From a virus: a DNA stretch of 6,060 bases. Both the position numbers and the translations under genes were made by a program. The stretch is from positions 1 to 6,060 of the IMG/VR virus record IMGVR_UViG_3300020041_000038; one strand, given 5' to 3'. Of the stretch, positions 1-5,605 are shown piece by piece (position 1 is the first letter of the stretch; every line of letters starts with the position of its first letter). The notes beneath the pieces were generated by a model. It did no database searches. It was not told the DNA's origin and saw only the letters and a program-made list of their open reading frames with translations.

Positions 1-121
1 AAGCAAATGAAGCTTCAACAGCAATACGCTTTGGAGCAGATGCAAAAACAAGGTGAAATCAACTACGCAAACTGGCAGAAACAGTTTGATTATGAGAATG
101 CTTACAACGATCCCACGAAGG
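1..121. repeat. Terminal redundancy, copy 1. Identical to 5940..6060; wrap-around of a circular genome
   Basis: Base-by-base comparison: positions 1..121 (aagcaaatgaagcttcaacagcaatacgc...cccacgaagg) match 5940..6060 at a constant offset of 5939. The repeat lies inside a continuous reading frame. Confidence 0.95.
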
Positions 122-1116
122 TTTTCGATCGTTATTTGAAGGCTGGTGTTACCCCTGCGGCCGTTTTAGGCGCCTCAGGTGTTGGCATTAATGCTACCAT
201 GTCTGGCGGTTCTTCAGGCTCCGTCGGTGCTGGCGGCCCTTCAGGCGGTTCTTTCGACTTTTCCAGTCCTCTACCTCCTGGCGCTGGCTCTGCCGCCGTG
301 GGTACCGCTCTCGATGCCTTGGGCGTCAATTCAACCATTGAGCGTAATAAGGCCGCCGCTAATCTCGATAACGCCCAAGCTGAAGATATTCGTAACAAGA
401 TGCCTACTAAGGAGCAAGGCCAGGCTCTTATCGAGCTCGAGAAGCAGCTAAAGCTAGCTAACGTCAACAGTCAGTCTTCGCTTGCTACTTATTATGGCGA
501 GTTAGCTATCAATCAGGAAGCCTACAACAAGTATGCGGACCTCGCTGCCACTTATGATTTCCAGCGCATCCAGTCTGCGTATGCTGAACAGGTTGAGCGT
601 ACTCGTCGCCTTCGTGCTGAGAATGATGCTGAAATCCCTCTCCTCGAGCAATCCGCAGCTGCTAACCTCGCTTATCTTCGCGCCCTTGCTTGCGCCTCTA
701 ATGCCTCCGCTCGAGAATCCTGGACCCGCACTGGCCTTCTCGACATTCAGCAGCAGGATATGCAGCGTATGTTTGAAGTCACTTGGGATACCCCCGTAAA
801 AGTGCCCCTGGTTGACGAGAAAGGCAAACCTACTGGAGAGTTCGAAGAGATTACAGGTCGTGAATATTACTCTTACCTCCGCGGTCTTGATATTAGCCAA
901 GGTCGTCAGAGTCTTTCCGGCAATTGGTTTAGCATTCGCAAGGATAAGAATGCTCTGTTTTTCGATGTTACAAAGGCGTTCGCTACTGCCGCGGGCATTT
1001 ACGCCGCTTCTAAAGCCGGAGCTCCTACCGGGACAGAGACTATGTCTGAGCGCTATAGCCGGGATGGCGAATTTGTAGGAGGTACACTCGTTACCCGACG
1101 CAATCTGAAGCGATAG
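1..1116 (+). CDS. VP2: DNA pilot / minor capsid protein VP2 (protein H-like), C-terminal part. This is the same gene as 5799..6060, continued across the circular junction
   Basis: The frame is open from base 1 (codons aag caa atg...) to TAG at 1114..1116, and is in phase with the ATG at 5799 once the 5939 offset is applied. Its features are typical of microvirus pilot proteins: a Q-rich coiled-coil-like segment (QQKQMKLQQQYALEQMQKQ), a KAGVTPAAVLG motif resembling the conserved AG-NP motif, and a Gly/Ser-rich low-complexity tract (SGGSSGSVGAGGPSGG). The track ORF 7..1116 is only the part downstream of an internal Met. Confidence 0.85.
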   Translation, partial: KQMKLQQQYALEQMQKQGEINYANWQKQFDYENAYNDPTKVFDRYLKAGVTPAAVLGASGVGINATMSGGSSGSVGAGGPSGGSFDFSSPLPPGAGSAAVGTALDALGVNSTIERNKAAANLDNAQAEDIRNKMPTKEQGQALIELEKQLKLANVNSQSSLATYYGELAINQEAYNKYADLAATYDFQRIQSAYAEQVERTRRLRAENDAEIPLLEQSAAANLAYLRALACASNASARESWTRTGLLDIQQQDMQRMFEVTWDTPVKVPLVDEKGKPTGEFEEITGREYYSYLRGLDISQGRQSLSGNWFSIRKDKNALFFDVTKAFATAAGIYAASKAGAPTGTETMSERYSRDGEFVGGTLVTRRNLKR

Positions 1117-1199
1117 TGAACAATTTTTTAGACGTTTTGAACTTTGTATTTGTTGCTCCTTGTTGCATCTTTGCATTGTAAACCAATAACCATATTGTT

Positions 1200-1520
1200 A
1201 TGAAAAAAGTAACCAAACAGTCTCGTATTAATGATTTGGTGATCGACGTTATCGAGTACGCTTTCACTGAATGGCTTGTCCGCCAAGGTATATTCAGCGC
1301 TTTTAAGGTGAACTACGAGAGCACTGTTTCGCCCTATCGGAGTTTTCGCGAACGCCTGCGTGCTCATATTCGGCGCTCCCTTTGTAGTCCTGGCTTTGAT
1401 CCCAGTAGGCTTATTTCCTCCGCCTTCTTATTTGCTGCGACATCCGAGGGCGTTGAATTTTGGCAAAAGCAGTCAGCTGCTTGGGAGCGATTTTATGCAA
1501 GATTACAAGCAAGACTTTAA
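1200..1520 (+). CDS. Hypothetical small basic protein, 106 aa, Arg-rich
   Basis: ATG at 1200, TAA at 1518..1520, same strand as the core genes. It occupies its own space between VP2 and the next ORF without overlap. By hand count it is net basic (about 17 K/R against about 10 D/E). I recognise no motif. Confidence 0.55.
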   Translation: MKKVTKQSRINDLVIDVIEYAFTEWLVRQGIFSAFKVNYESTVSPYRSFRERLRAHIRRSLCSPGFDPSRLISSAFLFAATSEGVEFWQKQSAAWERFYARLQARL

Positions 1521-1531
1521 ATTATACTATT

Positions 1532-1855
1532 ATGGCAGAAATTCATGTTGTTATTCGCCGTATCAACCCGGCCCTCAAAATCGACCTTGTTCAGGTAGGA
1601 CGTCTTAAAGATTGTCAGTTTGAGCCTCTTCCTCCCAGCGCTATCGAGAACTCCCCTATTACAGACTTTTTAAAGAGTTCGAATATTAGCGATTCGTCTT
1701 ACGTCAACCATTCGGATATCTCCAAACTCATCGCCGCATGCGAGAGTCTTCCCGGCTTCGATATCGAGTTTTTTGACAATACGATTATTCTTATTTTCGA
1801 CTTTGAACTTGACTGCAATGAAAGCACGACGAAAGAAGAAGAGCCGGGGAACTAA
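1532..1855 (+). CDS. Hypothetical small acidic protein, 107 aa
   Basis: The first ATG in frame is at 1532 (MAEIHVVIRR...), 11 nt after the previous stop. The track start at 1460 is a TTG that overlaps the preceding ORF. Stop is TAA at 1853..1855. A strong intrinsic terminator follows 45 nt downstream. The C-terminal half is D/E-rich (FDIEFFD...DFELDCNESTTKEEEPGN). Confidence 0.55.
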   Translation: MAEIHVVIRRINPALKIDLVQVGRLKDCQFEPLPPSAIENSPITDFLKSSNISDSSYVNHSDISKLIAACESLPGFDIEFFDNTIILIFDFELDCNESTTKEEEPGN

Positions 1856-1900
1856 GGTAGTAACCCGCCCTCTTGGTGGAAGAGTTCTTTGACTGTGACG

Positions 1901-1935
1901 CTCCCCGGGGAGTTTTCCTCCCCTGGGAGTTTTTT
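1901..1935 (+). terminator. Rho-independent terminator
   Basis: ctccccggggag (1901..1912) pairs with ctcccctgggag (1918..1929) across the loop ttttc (1913..1917). This gives 11 bp, mostly G:C, with one C/T mismatch (1906/1924), followed directly by TTTTTT (1930..1935). It sits just after the last ORF of the VP2 block. Confidence 0.8.
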
Positions 1936-1947
1936 GCTCTCGAACTC

Positions 1948-2081
1948 ACCGAATTTATTCGGTATATAGATTCGCGAAGTGAGCCATGGAGCTCGAAGAC
2001 GCGCAGCGTCCCGGCCGTTAAGGCCGTCGAGCGGCGTAACGAAGCAGTTTTCGCGCTCGAAAGTACCGTCTTTCGAAGCGC
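1948..2081 (+). other. Cluster of stable stem-loops in noncoding DNA; candidate ssDNA replication or priming element
   Basis: Pairings traced by hand. (a) 1948..1963: accgaa/ttcggt, 6 bp, loop ttta. (b) Palindrome ttcgcgaa at 1971..1978. (c) A three-way junction at 1991..2032: outer stem gctcga/tcgagc (1991..1996 with 2027..2032) encloses hairpin gacgc-gca-gcgtc (1998..2010) and hairpin cggcc-gttaa-ggccg (2012..2026), leaving only two unpaired junction bases. (d) 2053..2081: gcgctcgaaag/ctttcgaagcgc, 11 bp with one bulged A, loop taccgt. There is no ATG-initiated ORF here. Confidence 0.6.
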
Positions 2082-2099
2082 ATAATAACGTTTTCGGAT

Positions 2100-2300
2100 A
2101 TGGATTATTTTGACTTTCGACCTAGATCTTCTCCAATAATTGACTGCGTTTCTTACCGCTACTCCGTTGGCGCATATCGCGGCAAAAATCGAATTGTTAT
2201 TGCTTGGTTCGCCGACGAGGCCTCCGCTGAAGATTATCTCACTCGGTGTCGCCTCGAGAGGCCTTATATTAAGTTTGATTGCCTTCAAAGCCTATTTTAA
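2100..2300 (+). CDS. Hypothetical 66-aa protein whose stop overlaps the Rep start
   Basis: ATG at 2100. The stop TAA at 2298..2300 shares its last base with the VP4 ATG at 2300..2302, giving a TAATG overlap. It fills the gap between the structured noncoding tract and VP4 exactly. The composition is non-repetitive and globular-looking (YSVGAYRGKNRIVIAWFADEASAEDYLTRC). Confidence 0.5.
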   Translation: MDYFDFRPRSSPIIDCVSYRYSVGAYRGKNRIVIAWFADEASAEDYLTRCRLERPYIKFDCLQSLF

Positions 2301-3370
2301 TGCCTTGTTCATCACCCATATGGATACGTAATCGTCGCTATTTTGACAAAAAGAATCCTTGTCGAAATGGTTCTGACGTTGCTAAGTCTGCTTTAGCTCT
2401 TCGTCCCTGGGACATTGCCCGCCAATGGTTAATGGTCCCGTGCGGAAAATGCGAGGACTGCCTGCGTCGCCAGCGTAATGATTGGTTCGTGAGACTAGAG
2501 CGTGAGCTTGCCCGTTGCAAGGCGGATAGCCTACAGGCGATATTTATTACCATTACGATCGCCCCTAAGTATTATGACGAAGCGTTACTTGACCCCTCTA
2601 AGTTTATTCGACGATGGAATGAACGCGTCCGTCACACGCTTGGACATTCTTTCAAGCACGCGTTTTTTCAAGAGTTTGGTACTCATCCGGAAATAGGCTC
2701 AGAGCCTCGTCTACATTTCCATGGTTTTTTGTTTGGCACCAACTGTTTGTACAACGATATTCGAGTGGCCGTCCGCGACCTTGGCTTTGTTTGGCTAGCA
2801 AAGGCTACCCATAAGCGTGCTCGTTATTGCGTTAAGTATGTTACTAAACAGATTCAATTCAACCCCGAAGACGTTTCGGATAAATATGTTACTGTAAATG
2901 GAAATCTTACACCTTTATCTTGCCTCCTCCAACATCGCCGCTATACGCGAAAATTCATATCTGCTGGCGTTGGTGATTTTCTTGGCTATATGCCTCGGCC
3001 TTCTGCTCGTATTTCGTCGTGGTCTTATTTCGATTTTGAGAAGCGTATCAATTATAATTACTCGATTCCTCGATATTACCTTAGATACCTTAAACAAGAA
3101 GACGAAGTTTCACGTTCGATTGCTGCTGCTGACTCTTACGCACGTTTTAGCAAGTCTCCTTTGGTTAAACGTATTGTGTCTTTGTGTGTTGAGCGGTTCA
3201 ATCTCAATTCCGCCGTATCCCGTAGAGAGGCATATACGTGGGAACTGAAGCAGATAATGCGTTTTTCTGCATCCTCTCGCAAGCTACCCGATTTTGATCC
3301 CCCTACTTGGTTAGATTTGGATATTCTTCAATTCTGGCAAGATCATTACAAACTTCAACTAAACATTTAA
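2300..3370 (+). CDS. VP4: Replication initiation protein VP4 (HUH rolling-circle endonuclease, phiX174 gene A-like), 356 aa
   Basis: Start chosen at ATG 2300 (MPCSSPIWIRNRRY...), which fits the usual microvirus VP4 N-terminus. The track start at 2279 is a TTG. Motifs seen: Cys cluster CGKCEDC (2441..2461), motif 1 FITITI (2543..2560), HUH motif LHFHGFLF (HFH at 2714..2722), and a two-tyrosine motif YCVKYVTK (Tyr codons at 2825..2827 and 2837..2839) with the Y-x-x-K-Y spacing of phiX174 protein A. Stop is TAA at 3368..3370. Confidence 0.92.
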   Translation: MPCSSPIWIRNRRYFDKKNPCRNGSDVAKSALALRPWDIARQWLMVPCGKCEDCLRRQRNDWFVRLERELARCKADSLQAIFITITIAPKYYDEALLDPSKFIRRWNERVRHTLGHSFKHAFFQEFGTHPEIGSEPRLHFHGFLFGTNCLYNDIRVAVRDLGFVWLAKATHKRARYCVKYVTKQIQFNPEDVSDKYVTVNGNLTPLSCLLQHRRYTRKFISAGVGDFLGYMPRPSARISSWSYFDFEKRINYNYSIPRYYLRYLKQEDEVSRSIAAADSYARFSKSPLVKRIVSLCVERFNLNSAVSRREAYTWELKQIMRFSASSRKLPDFDPPTWLDLDILQFWQDHYKLQLNI

Positions 3371-3373
3371 TTT

Positions 3374-5164
3374 ATGGGAAAACAGCCTTTTATTTCTCAT
3401 GCCGTAAATGGCTACTCTCGATACGACGTTCCCGAGAGTAAAGCCTTTACTTGCACGCCGGGTATTTTGTATCCAGTGCGCATTGATTTTGTTAACGCCC
3501 GTGACCGCGTATCTATTGAGCAAGGCATCGATGTTCGTAGCAACCCGCTCGCTGTCCCAACCTTTAATCCTTTCACTGTTCGGCTCCATCGTTTTTACGT
3601 GCCGCTTCAGTTGTATCATCCTGAGTTGAGGACGAACAGCAGTAAATTTGATATGAACAATCTAAGCTTGAACTTTATTGCCGCTTCCACTACCGGTTCA
3701 TACGAATACACGACCGACAACTACCCTTACTCTAACTCGTTGCTTCGTTGGCTACGTGTCGTTCCCGCATCTATTCCGACTCCGACTTCGAGTAACGTAC
3801 CAGTGTCCCCCAGCCTCACGGCAGCTCAGTTGTCGTATCCCTTAGGCTGGTGCAATGCCGACACTTATCTTGCTTACTGGGACATCGTTCGTAATTATTA
3901 TAGCTATTCTCAGTGGGGCCTTTATTCCTTTGCTTGGCCTTCTAGCTGGTATTTTATTCCCAATTCTACCGGCACTGCGTATAATGTCCCTCAGTTTAGT
4001 GAGAAGGCGGTGTTTTTTAGTCAGAGGTTTGGCAATCTTGAGTTTTTGGACGCATTCTTCGAGAGTCAGTTTTACCCTTCGTCCGTAACTTCTCCGAATA
4101 ACACGTATAATCGAGGGAACCTCTTCTCGCAGGTGCTTTTGTCTGATCTTGGTGCTACAATCACCGCCTCTAAGGACGGTTACCCCGTTTCTACTATTTA
4201 TCCTGGAAACACGACGTTGACGACCGCCGGTCCCGCAGGCCAATTTTCTACCACCGCCGCTAACACGACCGTTACTACTCTTGGCGCCTTCCTCGTCGCT
4301 CATCCGATGGCCGTCGTGCCCTCGAATCCTGATCGTTATAGCAGGTTGCTTCCTGTCGGCTCTTCCGAAGGGGTTTCGATGACTGGCGTGTCGACCATCC
4401 CTCAGTTAGCCATTGCTTCTCGTCTTCAGGAATACAAAGACCTTCTCGGTGCTGGCGGTAGTCGTTATAGTGATTGGCTGGAAACGTTTTTTGCCTCTAA
4501 AATCGAGCATGTAGACCGCCCCAAGCTTCTCTTTAGCGCCTCGCAGACTGTTAATGTGCAGGTTATCATGAATCAGGCTGGAACTGGCAATTTCAGCGGC
4601 CCAAATGTTACCGGTTCTCTTGGTCAGCAGGGTGGCGCTATCGCTTTCAACGAGCGTTTAGGTCGGCGGCAGTCTTATTATTTCCGCGAGCCTGGTTATA
4701 TCATTGATATGTTGAGCATTCGACCCGTTTATTACTGGGCCGGCGTTTATCCTGACTATCTCCACTATACCGGTGCTGACTACTTTAATCCCATCTATAA
4801 CGATATTGGATATCAGGACGTTCCGGGATTCCAGTTTGGCTTTGGAACCACATCTGCCTCGGAGACTGTGGCTTATGAGCCTTGTTTTAACGAGTTTAGA
4901 TCTTCTTATGACGAGGTTCTTGGTCAGCTGTCCCGTTTTCAAACTTCAAAAAGTCAGATTCCCCTTTACGCTTATTGGGTACAGCAACGCGTTTTGTCCG
5001 CAAGCTATAATGCATACTACTCTCTCCTGTTTACGGATATGGGTCAGGTTAATTCTCCATTCGCGTCTAACTCGGAGGATAACTTCTTTGTCAATCTTTC
5101 GTATTCCATTCAAAAGAAGAATTTGGTTAACAAGACCTTTGCTACTCGTTTGTCTAATCGCTAA
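3374..5164 (+). CDS. VP1: Major capsid protein VP1 (protein F family), 596 aa
   Basis: This is the longest ORF, with ATG at 3374 three nt after the VP4 stop. It has segments characteristic of microvirus F/VP1 proteins: an N-terminal block SRYDVPESKAFTCTPGILYPVRIDFVNARDRVSIE, then PFTVRLHRFYVPLQLY, RLQEYKDLLGAGGSRYSDWLETFF, GYIIDMLSIRPVYY, EPCFNEFRSSYDEVLGQL, and the C-terminal FFVNLSYSIQKKNLV. A poorly conserved-looking S/T/N/P/Y-rich central region fits the variable surface insertion. Confidence 0.95.
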   Translation: MGKQPFISHAVNGYSRYDVPESKAFTCTPGILYPVRIDFVNARDRVSIEQGIDVRSNPLAVPTFNPFTVRLHRFYVPLQLYHPELRTNSSKFDMNNLSLNFIAASTTGSYEYTTDNYPYSNSLLRWLRVVPASIPTPTSSNVPVSPSLTAAQLSYPLGWCNADTYLAYWDIVRNYYSYSQWGLYSFAWPSSWYFIPNSTGTAYNVPQFSEKAVFFSQRFGNLEFLDAFFESQFYPSSVTSPNNTYNRGNLFSQVLLSDLGATITASKDGYPVSTIYPGNTTLTTAGPAGQFSTTAANTTVTTLGAFLVAHPMAVVPSNPDRYSRLLPVGSSEGVSMTGVSTIPQLAIASRLQEYKDLLGAGGSRYSDWLETFFASKIEHVDRPKLLFSASQTVNVQVIMNQAGTGNFSGPNVTGSLGQQGGAIAFNERLGRRQSYYFREPGYIIDMLSIRPVYYWAGVYPDYLHYTGADYFNPIYNDIGYQDVPGFQFGFGTTSASETVAYEPCFNEFRSSYDEVLGQLSRFQTSKSQIPLYAYWVQQRVLSASYNAYYSLLFTDMGQVNSPFASNSEDNFFVNLSYSIQKKNLVNKTFATRLSNR

Positions 5165-5175
5165 TACTTACTCTT

Positions 5176-5472
5176 ATGCCTCTTGATTGGTTATTGCAGG
5201 ATGCTCCTGCCTATGTTTCTCGCGGTCAGCGTATCCTTTCGGTTCTCGACGGTTCTGGCACTGTTGACGTCCTCCCTGGTCGTCCGGATGTAGTGGTAGA
5301 GCCTTCTGACTTCGATAAGGGTGAAAAGTTCAACCCTGAGATTGATTTTGATCCTAATTCCTTCTCTCGCATGGATAAGTTCGACGGCCTCGAGGTTGGT
5401 CAGGAACTTATTGATTCAGAGTTGGATAGATCGAAGCCTGCTCCAAAAACCCCTAATCCTGAAGAAAAATAG
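5176..5472 (+). CDS. Hypothetical acidic 98-aa protein; weak candidate for an internal scaffolding-type protein
   Basis: ATG at 5176, 11 nt after the VP1 stop; TAG at 5470..5472. By hand count it has about 21 D/E against about 11 K/R. It is rich in D, F and P (EPSDFDKGEKFNPEIDFDPNSF) and has a Pro/Lys-rich tail. The functional label rests only on position and charge. Confidence 0.5.
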   Translation: MPLDWLLQDAPAYVSRGQRILSVLDGSGTVDVLPGRPDVVVEPSDFDKGEKFNPEIDFDPNSFSRMDKFDGLEVGQELIDSELDRSKPAPKTPNPEEK

Positions 5473-5605
5473 TACACTCTTTACTTGACGATATATGCTA
5501 CGTGCGCGGACCCCTTCGCCGAGAGTTCGTGAATCGTTGAAGGTTATTGGTAACGACTGCCGGAGAGGCCGCGCATTTTTCTATCGTTCTTTAAATTTTG
5601 TCCCT

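Noticed and set aside
1-121. Reading the identical ends as biological direct terminal repeats, LTRs or att sites of a mobile element.
   Set aside because: The repeat sits inside a single continuous ORF (VP2), and joining the ends restores a complete gene. No integrase, transposase or flanking host sequence is present. A circular wrap-around is the simplest explanation.
170-310. A Gly/Ser/Ala-rich low-complexity nucleotide tract, considered as a possible tandem repeat or contingency locus.
   Set aside because: There is no exact nucleotide periodicity. It encodes the flexible Gly-rich linker common in microvirus pilot proteins.
502-1176. A 224-aa ORF on the minus strand, antisense to VP2. The same reasoning covers 132..467 (-), 3842..4303 (-) and 4658..4942 (-).
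   Set aside because: All lie antisense to well-supported genes. Microviruses transcribe only one strand. The translations are S/R/G-rich, low-complexity and motif-free, as expected when the complement of a biased coding frame is read.
1460-1531. The track start at 1460 (TTG) for the 131-aa version of the ORF ending at 1855.
   Set aside because: It is a non-ATG start overlapping the last 61 nt of ORF 1200..1520. The first ATG, at 1532, follows the upstream stop by 11 nt, matching the tight non-overlapping packing seen elsewhere.
1873-2085. A 70-aa + strand ORF covering the hairpin region.
   Set aside because: It begins with TTG rather than ATG, and there is no in-frame ATG anywhere in the ORF that could serve as a start. 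It reads straight through the intrinsic terminator (1901..1935) and every stem-loop. A structural DNA or RNA interpretation explains the sequence better.
1791-2288. A 165-aa minus-strand ORF spanning the noncoding tract.
   Set aside because: It is on the opposite strand to every other gene. It overlaps the 3' end of ORF 1532..1855 and most of ORF 2100..2300, and reads through the palindromic hairpins. It is Arg/Ser-rich with no recognisable motif. Its openness is most likely a by-product of GC-rich palindromic sequence.
2279-2299. The track start for VP4 at 2279 (TTG).
   Set aside because: The in-frame ATG at 2300 gives the typical VP4 N-terminus (MPCSSPIWIRN...) and forms a TAATG junction with the upstream ORF. 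The TTG extension would overlap that ORF.
4773-5186. A 137-aa +1-frame ORF at the 3' end of VP1 (GTG start), and a 73-aa +1-frame ORF at 3408..3629.
   Set aside because: The 4773 ORF has a non-ATG start, and both have the Leu/Ile/Ser/Arg-rich composition expected from a shifted frame. There is no distinct domain organisation. The compositional artefact explanation is the same as for the other +1-frame ORFs, and their architecture is less suggestive.
5485-5513. TTGACG (5485..5490), considered as a sigma70 -35 box.
   Set aside because: There is no acceptable -10 hexamer at 16-19 nt spacing; the sequence there is gcgcgg. The lack of SD motifs also suggests a host in which sigma70 consensus rules may not apply.
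5495-5605. The longer 100-aa version of the lipoprotein ORF, starting at ATG 5495.
   Set aside because: The extra 37 residues are Arg-rich and low-complexity, run through the structured intergenic stem, and would put the hydrophobic segment and lipobox too far from the N-terminus to act as a signal peptide. It is kept as an alternative and not fully excluded.
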